DNA of 64,000 nt from Mustelus asterias (GCF_964213995.1 NC_135813.1:2170001-2234000), one strand, 5' to 3'; shown: positions 1 through 12,307, counted from the stretch's first letter. Notes: a model not told the origin generated them from the sequence alone. Program-made: numbers and translations.

Positions 1-349
1 ACTCGAATTCTTAGTTCCACTCACTGTTGGTTCTGCAATGCTGCTTAAAGAGCTGATAGACAATGGACTGAATGACACCCCTCCACCCTGAGCTGATTTG
101 CCTGCAGTGTAAGTCCAATAGGCAGCTTGTGGGTGACCCACTGGGTCAGTATCCACACACTGGTTGCAGTTGCTTTTAATCAGCCCCTCCATCCCGTTCG
201 CAACTCGGACACTGAGCAGTCGTCTTCCAACTGCCCCCCATCTTAAGAGTTGCTTTCACACAAATGCAACATTAAGCCTTGCATCAACAGATGTTGCACA
301 GCATCACAAGCCCTCAGCACAAAGCTGTTACACATCAACCAGATCGTAC

Positions 350-419
350 CTCATCAAACCGCTCATTGTAGTTAGTCCGCACAGCCTCAATCAGTTTGGC
401 CATCGCTCCCTTATCCTCA
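350..419 (-). CDS. RPL7A: 60S ribosomal protein L7a, coding exon 7
   Basis: 70-nt exon, cag acceptor and gtacga donor, encodes [23 protein letters not shown]; final exon 8 not in window. Confidence 0.95.
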
Positions 420-491
420 CTGTGGAAAGGAAACGGTTAGTTATTGCACACTGCGCACACAGACTGGGGAACAGAGTCTGGGTGAATGGAC

Positions 492-558
492 TGCTCAGGG
501 TTAAAAAGCTCAAAACGCCACACGGTCATTCAGGTGAAGAAATTCAGACATCATCGCA
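492..558 (-). ncRNA. SNORD36: box C/D snoRNA U36 (copy in RPL7A intron 6)
   Basis: Minus strand GATGATGT...GAATTTCTTCAC-CTGA...GAGCTTTTTAAC-C-CTGA with terminal TGC/GCA stem; guides complementary to 28S GUGAAGAAAUUC and 18S GUUAAAAAGCUC; U36 is a known RPL7A intronic snoRNA. Confidence 0.92.
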
Positions 559-959
559 GATCCATTTCAACCCAACAGAATATCCACATCAACAATGTAC
601 CCTTCTAATCAGGGACGTTAGGGTCAAACCCCCTGAACCCTGTTAATCAGTGAGGTAAGGCTCACCGCTCCTGCATCCCGTCAGTGGTGACCACTGAACA
701 CAGAGGCTGAAGTTGTTGCTCAGTGGGCTAGAGGGCCATGCTGCAACATTTTCCTGCTACCTCAGTGTCAGGACATCAATGTTGAGGAGCTAGGACTGCC
801 CCAGTGATGAGTTACTGCACCATCCGTCAGCATGAGGCAGAGGTTTAAACAGTTGTTGAAACAGAAACACCTTGAACAATAACACCCCCCCCGGCCCCCA
901 ATCTGATTCTCCCCCACATCCCACCCCTGATGAGCATTGATTACAAACAGGGTACTCAC

Positions 960-1090
960 GGGTTGATCTGAGCCAGGGCAAGGCAGGTGGTGGTCTTTCT
1001 GTGCACCAATCGCCCAAGCCTGGCTTTGCCTTTGACGATGCAATAAGGAACTCCCATCTTCCGGCAGAGAGCAGGCAGGAACACAACCAG
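960..1090 (-). CDS. RPL7A: 60S ribosomal protein L7a, coding exon 6
   Basis: 131-nt exon [43 protein letters not shown], cag/gtgagt boundaries. Confidence 0.96.
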
Positions 1091-2442
1091 CTGAGGGGCA
1101 ACATTGCAAACAGATCAACAAAAACGTACATTTATGTGGCACCCTCAACTGAAAGATCCCACAACGCTTCACAGCAGCAAATATCAAAGTCTGAGTTGCA
1201 AATGATCAGAATGGGTGATGGGCAACTGAGATTAACGCTCGTCTTGCGATGGAGGTCGACAGGTGAAGTGGTTTAGAAGTGAATTTCAGAGTGAAGGACA
1301 TTGATAAAATGCTGTGCAGCTGACTTGGGGACAAAGCTTGGAGTAAAAAACATGAAAATAAAATTGGCTGAGTGACAGGAAATAAAGTTGGTGAACAGTT
1401 GTTTTTCTGACGGGGGAAGGTTTATCAGGGAGTTCCCCAGGTTTCAGTGTTCCCTGCTCTACATAATTACCTCGGCTCGTGTAGGGGGTCACAATATTTG
1501 CAGATGCTATGAAACTTGGTTGTTTTGAGAGCCACAAGGACAGAAGCAAAATACTACAGGTGCTGGAAATCTGAAATAAACAAAATGCTGGATAAACGAG
1601 AGGTGTGGCAGCATGGAGTACATACCACCAGCCTACAGTTGCACCTTATCCAGCCCCTTATTTCAAAGGGGCATAGACATGTTAGTGGGATGGTCCAAGT
1701 GGCAGATGAAATTTAATGCAAAAAAAGTGCAGAGATTCATTTCAGGAGGAAGAATGCAGATAGACGATATAAAACAAAGGGCAAAATACTAAAGAGGTTG
1801 TCACACAGGACCCAGGTGTAGATGTGCAGCTAAGGCACAGTATTCTAGGCTTCATTTATTGGGGCAGTGTACAACACACTAAATGGAACAGAACACCATG
1901 GGGCCTCAGCGGAGTGCAGACAAAAATTCACAAGAATGGTTCCAGGGAGAGGAGCTTTAATTACGTAGTGATTATAGAAACGGAGATCGTTTCCCCTCAG
2001 AGAAGGGAAACAGATTTGGAGATATTCAAAATAGTGAACGGTCTGGAGAGACTAGATGGGGAGAAACTGTTGCCACTGGTGGAAGGACAGACTGAAAATC
2101 ATTGGCAGCGAGAGAAAACAAACACAGCAAGTGATTGGGATCTGGAAGGTGCAGCCTGAAAGTGAGGCCGGTTCAATTGTGGCTTTGGGGAAACTGGACA
2201 GTCATCTAATGGGAATGATTTAGCAGCGCTGAAGGAAAGCAGGGGAATAGCACTGGGTGAACTGCTCCTTCAGACAGTTAGCAGACAGCAGGCCAAATGG
2301 CCTTGTTCTGAACTGGGTAAATTTGATAAAGTGAGTTCATCAAATCAGCCAGTAGCAGGAACATGCAAACATGCCCAAACCACTGTGCAGAGGGGGATCT
2401 TGGGAAGAGATTGATAGTCACACATCACAAAAAGTCCTGAAT

Positions 2443-2585
2443 AAAAGCAAATTACTGCAGATGCTGGAATCTGAAACCAGAAGAGAACATGCTGGAAAAT
2501 CTCTGGTGTGGCAGCATCTGTAAGGGAGCTGACGTTTCAAGTCCAGATGACCCTTTGTCAATGTCAGCTCTTTACTCTCCTTACA
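2443..2585 (-). mobile_element. Penelope-like terminal repeat fragment with partial hammerhead (U3-A8 type) and short inverted tail
   Basis: Highly similar to 25133-25266; TTGACAA-A-GGGTC-ATCTG-GACTT-GAAA-CG-TC-AGCT on minus strand at 2527-2561. Confidence 0.75.
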
Positions 2586-2619
2586 AGAAGTCCTGATTCA
2601 GTTTGTGCAGTCATGGATG

Positions 2620-2697
2620 TTGCTCAGGGTTAAAAAGCTCGTTTATTTTGCTCTACATGTTGAGCTTCAGGTGAAGAAATTCAGAACATCATCGCAA
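2620..2697 (-). ncRNA. SNORD36: box C/D snoRNA U36 (copy in RPL7A intron 5)
   Basis: Same C box, D' and D boxes and both rRNA guides as the 492-558 copy; 8-bp terminal stem GATGTTGC/GCAACATC. Confidence 0.92.
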
Positions 2698-2848
2698 CAT
2701 CTTCCAGACCAGCAGTGTGTGTGTGTGTGTGGGGGGGGGCACAAAGAAGAGCGCAGAGGGGGGGGGGGGCACAAAGAAGAGCGCAGACAAAGACACTCAG
2801 ACCTTAGTTCAAATGAACTAAGACTTTGTTCCATCAATTCTAAAATCA

Positions 2849-3037
<189 letters not shown>

Positions 3038-3228
3038 TCAGCACTCAACCCTGCCATTGTTTCCAGTACAAATAACTTTTGAAACAAGAACATCCTGGAA
3101 TAAAGCCTGCTGGAATCCACACACACACTTATTGCACAGGGAAATCAGTGCACAATGGTCGATTCCAGCCCTTCACTGGGCACATACAAGCAGACTGAAT
3201 TTCAGAAACTCAAGCCTCACATCCTCAC

Positions 3229-3369
3229 CTGCTCGGAGAACTGCTGGCCTCTTTGTTGGAACGTCAGCCTTCCCAGCTGCCTTTTGCTGGGCTCGGGCTA
3301 AAAGCCTCTGCTTCTTCTCCACTTTGGTCTCGGGTCTGTATTTATGGGCCAGTTTTAAGAGCTGAGTCA
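3229..3369 (-). CDS. RPL7A: 60S ribosomal protein L7a, coding exon 4
   Basis: 141-nt exon [46 protein letters not shown], cag/gtgag boundaries. Confidence 0.97.
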
Positions 3370-3449
3370 CTGTGGAGAGAAGCAGACAGTGTTATTCGGG
3401 ACTGAAACACAGGGTCTGTCTTCCAAGCACAGGGAGTGGCGATTCGGAG

Positions 3450-3522
3450 TGCATCAGCGATCTTGGTGGGTAATGTCATCCGTTAAGCTCAGTTAGCAAA
3501 TATTCTGTTTACATCATCTGCA
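3450..3522 (-). ncRNA. SNORD24: box C/D snoRNA U24
   Basis: Minus strand TGCAGATGATGTAAACAGAATATTTGCTAACTGA...CCACCAAGATCGCTGATGCA closely matches vertebrate U24; TGCA/TGCA terminal stem; lies in RPL7A intron 3. Confidence 0.95.
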
Positions 3523-3672
3523 GCCTCCAGAACCCCATCAATTCAACCTTTGCCAAAACCCACAAACATGGGAGAACCCCCCCCCCCCCCCCCCCAACAA
3601 CCCCGGTCACTAAACTTGGAAATCTCTGGAGCACAGGTAGTGGGAGAATCCACCCTGCATGTTGCTACCTTA

Positions 3673-3927
<255 letters not shown>

Positions 3928-4341
3928 CTATGCGATAGCGACCAGGTGGCATTGAATCCCTACAGTACAGGAGGTCATTCGACCCATCGAGTCTGTATCA
4001 ACTACAATCCCACCCAGGCCCTATTACCACATGACACATTTATCCTGCTAATCCTCCTCAGTAGGGAATGCCACACTAAGTTCCTGAGTGCCGCGCACAC
4101 ATCATTTATGTTCCATTTTGAACAGCTCATTGTAATATTTCCTCTCTGCATTGACTGAACTGCTGGGCTTCCAGCAATTCCCACCACAGATCTCCCAACA
4201 TCTGGAACCTCAGCACTGCTTCACCCTCACGAGGATTTAGTAAGGCTGTATCCCTATCAAATGTCAGTGTTAATACCACACTAACACCACTTATTCACAA
4301 CTGAATTGTGCTCACTGCAGTTTTCAGATTCCCAAACTCAC

Positions 4342-4462
4342 CAATCCCAAAATTTTTTGGTCGCTTCTCAAACAGAGGGTTGACGACTTTTTTCACCTCA
4401 TGCTTCCGGACGACGGAAGGAGCCGGGGCTACCTTCTTCCCCTTGGCCTTCTTTCCTTTCGG
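4342..4462 (-). CDS. RPL7A: 60S ribosomal protein L7a, coding exon 2
   Basis: 121-nt exon [40 protein letters not shown], cag/gtgag boundaries. Confidence 0.97.
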
Positions 4463-4622
4463 CTGAAACGGGGCAGAAACCATGGGTTAATGAGGGCATA
4501 GCAAAGCTCACCATCACTCAAACCCCATCCCTTCACCCACTCAAAACACAATCCACACCCCCTCCCTGCCAAACAGGACAGCAGCGCCTGCTATTTCCCA
4601 ACATACTTTATGGGATATGGGT

Positions 4623-5010
4623 GTTGCCCTCTTTTTAGGTCAAACCAAATAAACAAACTCCGATTAAGTCAGGACAAAGTAAAAGGGGCAGCTCCCCAAA
4701 AAGGAGGGGGAACGGCCCGAACAGAAATCAAAGTACAAAGGAAACTTAAAAACATCAAATTAAAATGTGATTATTAGGGTCGATAACGCACCCCAACCCC
4801 TGCGGTGCCCAACGGGCACGGAAGACGTCAACCGCGCCCGTGGACACCGCATGCTCCCTCTCCAGGGACACCCGGCCGCGAGCGTAGCCGCGGTAGAGGG
4901 GCAGACAGTCAGGATGGACGGCCCCCTCGATCGCCCGCAGCCTGGACCGGTAAATGGCACGTTTCGCCAGGCCCAGGTTCACGAGGAGGTCGCCATCCCG
5001 ACCCTCCCCT
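4623..5010 (-). mobile_element. Tx1/L1-clade non-LTR retrotransposon, 3' end (ORF2 C-terminus plus 3' UTR)
   Basis: LGLAKRAIYRSR...DCLPLYRGYARGRVSLE...FRARW resembles Tx1 ORF2 C-termini; 3' UTR recurs at 58988-59133. Confidence 0.7.
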
Positions 5011-5975
5011 TGACAAGGTCACCATTTGCTGCCCATTCCTAACTGCCCAACTGACTGGTTACTAGACCCGGAGTCTCCCGTCGGCCAGAACACACAAGGA
5101 CGGCACTTTTCCTTCCCTGTGTTAGCAAACCAGGTGGGGTTTGTAACAATTGATGATAGTCTCTGTGACTGAAACTAACTATATTCCAGATTAACTGATT
5201 TTATTGAATCCCAGGGTGGGATTTGAACACATTTCCCCACAGAAATAGCCTGGGCCTCTGGATTATTAGTCCATTGAACCATCTGTCCCCATGCAGTGAG
5301 AATCCTGCAGCAATAATACCAACTGCAGGCAGTATTTCTGAAGGGGATTGTGTTGCTATTGGACAGGACACTGTGGTTCATTCCTACACAAACATCCCAC
5401 TAACAATGAGCGGCTGATGGGGTTTATTGAGCTGGTTAAATACCAGCAGGTCACCATGGAGAGTTCCAGAACTCTTCCCGGAAAGGAAGCCCTCAGGACA
5501 CTGGTCTCAGCATCAAGCGGCCAGCCCTGTATAACAGGCCACTCGGCCCTGCACTGGAGCCGCATCCTATCCCTTTTGTTACCGCCAGACTCATTCTAAC
5601 CCCTCGCTGCCCGCTCGGCTCATTCAGATCTCCCCACCGCGCCCAAACTCACCGCGCCCAGTCCGGTAAGTCACTACAAATGATTTAAAATTAAAACATT
5701 AGCGGACTTTCCCCCCGGGTGTCCAGCTCCAGCGAGACCGAGCAGCCCGGGCCCCCACTCCCGGGTGACGGATTCCCTCCGGCGGGATCTGGGCCCCGAA
5801 TTCCACATCCCCCTCAGGACCGGGCCGTGGGACGCCATCGGGCCCGAATTTAGGGCTATGGGTGTTGCGGGCAGCAGGCGGATGGGTGCCGGGCCGCTGG
5901 CGGGGCAGTGGGGCCGGCAGGGTGGCGGATGGAGGCGGATTGCGGCCGCTGCGCGAAACACGGTCTCAGACTCAC

Positions 5976-5978
5976 CAT
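5976..5978 (-). CDS. RPL7A: RPL7A exon 1 coding part (initiator ATG only)
   Basis: CCGCC-ATG immediately followed by GTGAGT donor, as in vertebrate RPL7A; splices in frame to exon 2. Confidence 0.92.
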
Positions 5979-5982
5979 GGCG

Positions 5983-6053
5983 GAGAGAGAGCGCAGGGGC
6001 TGCCGGGAAACCCTTATATCCGGCTCCAACACCCACCTGACGTCATCCCGGAA
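5983..6053 (-). promoter_or_regulatory. RPL7A promoter: 5'TOP tract, TATA-like box, CRE
   Basis: CTCTCTCTC at 5991-5983 just before ATG; TATAA ~25 nt upstream (6014-6018); TGACGTCA at 6038-6045; CpG-rich region 5600-6060. Confidence 0.85.
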
Positions 6054-6206
6054 TCGCGATACTTTCATTTAAAGTGACAGCCCACCCCTCAGCCCTGCCT
6101 GGGAACTCTGATTGAACCTGGGAACATAGTCATTCCCTTGTGGGTTATAGATTATGTTTTATTGGCAACACGTACTGGAATAAAAGGGATACTGAGCAGA
6201 GCTTTA

Positions 6207-6485
6207 GGGCAGCACGGTGGTTACCACTGCTGCCTCACAGCGCCAGGGTCCCAGGTTTGATTCCCGGCTTGGTCTACTGTCTGTACGAAGTTTGCACGTT
6301 CTCCCCGTGACTGCGTGACTTTCCTCCCACAGTCTGAAAGACGTGCTGGTTAGGGTGCATTGGCCATGCTAAATTCTCCCTCAGTGTCCTCGAACAGGTG
6401 CCGGAGTGTGGCGACGAGGGGATTTTCACAGTAACATCATTGCAATGTTAGCCTACTTGTGACACTAATAAATAAACTTTAAACT
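6207..6485 (+). mobile_element. tRNA-derived V-SINE, alternative-tail subfamily
   Basis: A/B-box head GGGCAGCACGGTGGTTA...GGTTTGATTCCC, V-domain, tail ending GACACTAATAAATAAACTTT; second copy at 43921-44166. Confidence 0.8.
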
Positions 6486-7275
6486 AAATTGACAGAGGAG
6501 AACCAGTGCATGTGGTTTACTTAGACATTTGGAAGGCTTTCGATAAGGTCTCACATAACAGATTACTATGTAAAGTTTAAGCGCATGGGATTGCAGGTAA
6601 TGTCATGAGATGGATAGAAAGCTGGTTAGCAGATAGGAAGCAAAGAGTTGGCATAAATGGGTCTTTTTCTGATTGGCAGGCAGTGACTAGTGGAGTACAG
6701 CAGGGATCTGCGCTAGGGCCCCAACTGTTCACATTATATATTAATGATTAGGATGAAAGAATTAAGCATATTATCTCCAAATTTACTCATCATACAAAGT
6801 TGGGTGGGAGGGTGAGCTGTGAGGAGGATGCAGAGATGCTTCAGTGTGATTTGGACAGGCTGAGTGAGTGGGCATCTGCATGGCAGGTGCAGTATAATGT
6901 GGATAAATGTGAGGTTATCCACTTTGGCAGCAATAATAGGAAGACAGAATATATTTTGAATGGACGTGAATTGAAAGAAGTGGGTACTCGGTGTCCTCGT
7001 GTATCAGTCACTGAAAGTAAGCGCGCAGGTACAGCAGGCAGTAAAGAAGGCAAATGGTATGTTGGCCTTCATAGCGAGGGGATTTGAGTGTAGAATAGAG
7101 AGATTTTACTGAAATCATACACGGTGTTGGTGAAGCCATACCTGGAGTTTTGTATGCTGTTTTGGTGTCCTTATCTGAGGAAGGATGTCCTTGTTATGGA
7201 GGAAGTGCAGAGGAGGTTTACCAGGCTGCTTCCTGGGTGGGATGCCAGGTCTGTCATATGAGGAGAGAGTCAGTT
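6486..7275 (+). mobile_element. degenerate CR1 (HER1-like) LINE RT fragment
   Basis: Decayed KAFDKV, QGS.LGP, LQCDLDRLSEWA...YNVDKCEVIHFG motifs with frameshifts. Confidence 0.85.
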
Positions 7276-7310
7276 AGGGAGATCTGACAGCATCTGTGGA
7301 GAGCGAATAA

Positions 7311-7975
7311 AATATGACTATAAGACATGGGAGCAGATTTAGACCACTCGGCCCATCGAGTCTGCTCCGCCATTCAATCATGACTGGTATTTTTCTCATC
7401 CCCATTCTCCTGCCTTTTCCCCATAACCCCTGATCCCCTTATTCATCCAGAACCTATCTATCTCTGTCTTAAAGACACTCAATGACCTGACCTCCACAGC
7501 CTTCTGCGGCAAAGAGTTCCACAGATTCACCACTCTCCGGCTGAAGAAATTCCTCCTCATCTCTGTTCTGAAGGATCGCCCCTTCAGCCTGAGGTTGTGC
7601 CCCCTGGTTCTAGTTTTTCCTACTAGTGGAAACATCCTCTCCACGCACACTCTATCCAGGCCTCGCAGTATCCTGAAAGTTTCAATAATATCCCCCCTCA
7701 GCCTTCTAAACTCCAATGAGTACAGACCCAGAGTCCTCAACCGTACAACCATACAACAAGCTTTTCATTCCAGGGATCATTCTTGTGAACCTCCTCTGGA
7801 TCCTTTCCAATTCCAGCACATCTTTCCTTAGATATGAAGCCCAAAACTGCTCTCAATACTCCAAATGGGGTCTGACCAGAGCCTTATACAGCCTCAGAAG
7901 TACATCCTTGTTCTTGCATTCTAGCCCTCTCGACATGAGTGCTAACAGTGCATTAGCCTTCCTAGCTGCTGACTG
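7311..7975 (-). mobile_element. CR1 LINE 3' fragment
   Basis: LGLYSLEFRRLRGD...TRGHNLRL...RRNFFSRRVVNLWNSLP and CR1 3' hairpin; splits a Penelope-type repeat (7281-7309 / 7988-8031). Confidence 0.9.
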
Positions 7976-8051
7976 AACTACCGATTGAATAGAGCCAACG
8001 TTTCAAGTCTGGATGACCCATCATCACAACTAGGGGTTACAGTCTAAGAAT

Positions 8052-9005
8052 ACATAGAAACATGGAAAAATTACAGCACAAAACAGGCCCTTCGGCCCCA
8101 CAAGTTGTGCCAAACATATCCCTACCTTTTAGGCCTACCTATAACCCTCCATCCTATTAAGTCCCATGTACTCATCCAGGAGTCTCTTAAAAGACCCTAT
8201 TGAGTTTGCCTCCACCACCACTGACGGCAGCCGATTCCACTCGCCCACCAGCCTCTGCGTGGAAAACTTCCCCCTTACATTTCCCCTGTACCTACCCCCC
8301 AGCACCTTAAACCTGTGTCCTCTCGTAGCAGCCATTTCCACCCTGGGAAAAAGCCTCTGAGAGTCCACCCGATCTATGCCTCTCAACATCTTATATACCT
8401 CTATTAGGTCTCCTCTCATCCTACGTCTCTCCAAGGAGAAAAGACCGAGCTCCTTCAGCCTATCCTCATAAGGCATGCCACTCAATCCAGGCAACATCCT
8501 TGTAAATCTCCTCTGCACCCTTTCAATCTTTTCCACATCCTTCCTGTAATGAGGTGACCAGAACTGAGCACAGCACTCCAAGTGGGGTCTGACGAGGGTC
8601 TTATAAAGCTGCATCATTATCCCCGGACTCCTAAACTCAATCCCTCGATTGATAAAGGCCAGCACACCATACGCCTTCTTAACCACCTCTTCCACCTGCA
8701 GGGCCGATTTTAGAGTCCTATGGACCCGGACCCCAAGGTCCTTCTGATCCTCCACAGTACTAAGAGTCTTTCCCTTTATATTGTACTCCTTCATCCCATT
8801 TGACCTGCCAAAGTGGACCACTATGCATTTATCTGGGTTGAAGTCCATCTGCCACTTCTCCGCCCAGTCTTGCATTCTATCTATGTCCCTCTGTAACTTC
8901 TGACATCCCTCCAGACTATCCACAACCCCACCAACCTTCGTGTCGTCGGCAAACTTACCAACCCATCCCTCCACTTCCTCATCCAGGTCATTTATGAAAA
9001 TGACA
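8052..9005 (-). mobile_element. young 5'-truncated CR1 LINE nested in an older plus-strand CR1 tail (to ~9281)
   Basis: Open RT C-terminus KFADDTK...RFTRMLPG...TRGH; near-identical to 60124-61075. Confidence 0.92.
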
Positions 9006-9459
9006 ATATGGGGTAAATCTTTCAGGACTGAGGTGAGGAGAAATTTCTTCATCCAGAGGATGGTAAATGTGTGGAATTCACGACCACAGAAAGTAGTTGA
9101 GGCCAAAACGTTGTGTGATTTTGAGAAGAAATTAGATATAGCTGTTGGGGTTAATGGGATTGAGGGATATGGGAGGAAGGGGGGATCAGGATATTGAATT
9201 CGATGATCAGCCATGATCAAAATGGATGGCGGAGCAGGCTCGAAGGGCCGAATGGCCTCCTCCTGCTTCTAGTTTCTATGTATAAGTATTTTCTCTTTCT
9301 TCTACTTTTGATGCTCCAATAACAATGGCCATGAAACGGCTTCTTCTGAATTAAACATTGCAATGCTTCACTCCAACCACAAGTTTCTCGCAGAGGAATC
9401 AGTCAAAAACACAGAGAGAGGCCATTCGGCCCATTGTGCTGAAACTAGTCTTGGGGACG

Positions 9460-9496
9460 CCGGAAGTGATGCGATGACGCCGCGTGGCCGGAAGTG
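9460..9496 (+). promoter_or_regulatory. DNLZ promoter, tandem ETS/GABP sites
   Basis: CCGGAAGTG at 9460-9468 and 9488-9496 in a CpG-rich stretch 60-100 nt upstream of the ATG; typical of nuclear mitochondrial genes. Confidence 0.75.
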
Positions 9497-9557
9497 CCGG
9501 CGTGAGCGGGAAAGATCCGGTTTCCATAGAAACCGAACTGCGGCCTAACTGCGAGCC

Positions 9558-9767
9558 ATGAGCCTGGGCCTCGCCTTCTGCCGCTTGGGGAGAGCAGGAG
9601 CCGCAGTCGCCAGGCTGTTGGGAGCGGCCTCGGGGCGGGGGCTCCCCGTAGGCCGCAGTTTCCTCACTCCAAACGGCGGCTGCTTGCTCAGAGCTCCGGG
9701 GGTGAGGGCCGCGAAAAGCCTGCCCCAGGCCGCCGCCACCCACTACCAGCTGGTGTACACCTGCAAG
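9558..9767 (+). CDS. DNLZ: DNL-type zinc finger protein (mtHsp70 escort HEP1), exon 1
   Basis: Arg/Ala/Leu-rich presequence-like N-terminus ending HYQLVYTCK, donor gtgagg. Confidence 0.9.
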
Positions 9768-9844
9768 GTGAGGACCCGGCTCCATTCTCCAGAAACGATC
9801 CCGGGTAGATCCCCAACATTAACGCGTTTATTATATCAATATAT

Positions 9845-11056
9845 GGTCAGTGCTGAGGGAGTGCCGCACTGTCAGAGGGTCAGTGCTGAGGGAGTGCCGC
9901 ACTGTCAGAGGGTCAGTGCTGAGGGAGTGCCGCACTGCCAGAGGGTCAGTACTGAGGGAGTGCCGCACTGTCACAGGGTCAGTGCTGAGGGAGTGCCGCA
10001 CTGTCAGAGGGTCAGTACTGAGGGAGTGCCGCACTGTCAGAGGGTCAGTGCTGAGGGAGTGCCGCACTGCCAGAGGGTCAGTACTGAGGGAGTGCCGCAC
10101 TGTCACAGGGTCAGTGCTGAGGGAGTGCCGCACTGCCAGAGGGTCAGTGCTGAGGGAGTGCCGCACTGTCAGAGGGTCAGTACTGAGGGAGTGCCGCACT
10201 GTCAGAGGGTCAGTACTGAGGGAGTGCCGCGCTGTCAGAGGGTCAGTACTGAGGGAGTGCCGCACTGTCAGAGGGTCAGTGCTGAGGGAGTGCTGCACTG
10301 CCAGAGGGTCAGTACTGAGGGAGTGCCGCACTGTCAGAGGGTCAGTGCTGAGGGAGTGCCGCACTGTCAGAGGGTCAGTACTGAGGGAGTGCCGCACTGT
10401 CAGAGGGTCAGTACTGAGGGAGTGCCGCACTGTCAGAGGGTCAGTGCTGAGGGAGTCTCGCACTGTCAGAGGGTCAGTACTGAGGGAGTGCCGCACTGTC
10501 AGAGGGTCAGTACTGAGAGAGTGCCGCACTGTCAGAGGGTCAGTACTGAGGGAGTGCCGCACTGTCAGAGGGTCAGTACTGAGGGAGTGCCGCACTGTCA
10601 GAGGGTCAGTACTGAGGGAGTGCCGCACTGTCAGAGGGTCAGTACTGAGGGAGTGCCGCACTGTCAGAGGGTCAGTACTGAGGGAGTGCCGCACTGTCAG
10701 AGGGTCAGTGCTGAGGGAGTGCCGCACTGTCAGAGGGTCAGTGCTGAGGGAGTGCCGCACTGTCAGAGGGTCAGTACTGAGGGAGTGCCGCACTGTCAGA
10801 GGGTCAGTGCTGAGGGAGTGCCGCACTGTCGGAGGGTCAGTGCTGAGGGAGTGCCGCACTGTCAGAGGGTCAGTCGTGAGGGAGTGCCGCACTGTCGGAG
10901 GGTCAGTACTGAGGGAGTGCCGCGCTGTCAGAGGGTCAGTCGTGAGGGAGTGCCGCACTGTTGGAGGGTCAGTACTGAGGGAGTGCCACGCTGTCAGAGG
11001 GTCAGTCGTGAAGGAGTGCCGCGTTGTCGGAGGGTCAGTACTGAGGGAGTGCTGCA
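9845..11056 (+). repeat. 33-bp minisatellite A (GAGGGAGTGCCGCACTGTCAGAGGGTCAGTRCT), ~36 copies, running into a DeuSINE-like body (11057-11275)
   Basis: Directly visible tandem array. Confidence 0.97.
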
Positions 11057-12307
11057 TTATTGGAGGGCTTATCTTTCAGATGAAATGTTAAACCAAAACC
11101 CAATTTGCCCCTCAGGTGGATGTAAAGGATTCTGCAGCCACCACTTTGAAAGAGAGCAGGCGTGTTCTCAGTTGTAGTCCTTAATCAACTTAACTGAAAA
11201 CAGATTATCTAGCCATTTATCTCATTGCGGTTCATGGGATCTTGCTATTTGCAAATTGGCTGCCTTGTTTCTTTCATTGTAGGTTAATGGAATGCTATCC
11301 TTTAATTTGAGTGGAATTGAATGTAAAAGTAAGGATGTTATGCTTCAGTTATACAGGAAACTGATAAGACCTCGTGTCAAATACTGTGTAGTTTGTGGTC
11401 TCCTTATTTAAGGAAGGATGTAAATGTGTTAGATGCAGTATAGAGATTTATTAAATTGATATCTAGAATGAGTGGGTTATCTAATGAGGAAGATTGATTC
11501 CCTTGACTAACAAGAATCTCACGTTATCAGGATAGATGAGAAAGTGGAATTCAAAACACAAACAGATCAGCCATGATCTTATTGAATGGCAGTGCAGGCT
11601 TGAGGGGCTGAATGGCCTCCTTCTATTTGTATGTTGTTATTGCAGCCGTGCCTGTACTTTAGCAGTAGTGATGCACTCTGGGTGTTCATAGATCAATAAA
11701 TATTTCTTTCATTACTCCGTTAACAGTGTTTGGTGTTTCTCAAGCACCATTTATTTCCCGTGTCAGACAATTGCCTCCTGGATTTCTGCAAGTGCTGCTT
11801 TATATGGTTTTAGAAACTGAGGTTGTACAGTAGAAGGAGATGGTGGACATATAATACTAATCTTGACTCAGTTTACAAGGTTGCTGTGAGATAGATAGGT
11901 GGATATATGGAAAAAGCACCTATTGATTCAGCCAATGTGTCCTACACAGTTATGATCCCTCATGCATCACAGTACAGACACTCCTCACCCACCCAAAAGG
12001 TATAATCTTCTGCGAAAGGCAGAAAACAAAATACAATCCCAGGCCAAATGTGGGAGTGGGGGCATGGAGATTTCCTCTCCAATTCCAGAGCAGTTCAGAA
12101 CTTTTGAGCGAAGCCATGATGGGTGGTGTGGTTGTCAGAGCCTGGGTTGTGCAGCAGCTTCCAGTGTGTGCTGACAGGGAAGGCCAGCTACCAAATACAA
12201 AACCGAAATGATGCAGAAAGGCTGACTAAAACCAGACAGATAGACAATGCAAGCAAGCACATAACCATCCCCTGTTATTGTACAAACAAACATTTGTCTT
12301 CTTTTAG

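Noticed and set aside
2715-2786. (GT)n followed by a 26-bp duplication next to SNORD36
   Set aside because: Simple slippage or local duplication with no sign of function
4055-4110. Possible extra C/D snoRNA in RPL7A intron 2 (minus ATGATGT...CTGA)
   Set aside because: Only ~50 nt, no terminal stem or recognisable rRNA guide, and D box overlaps a SINE tail
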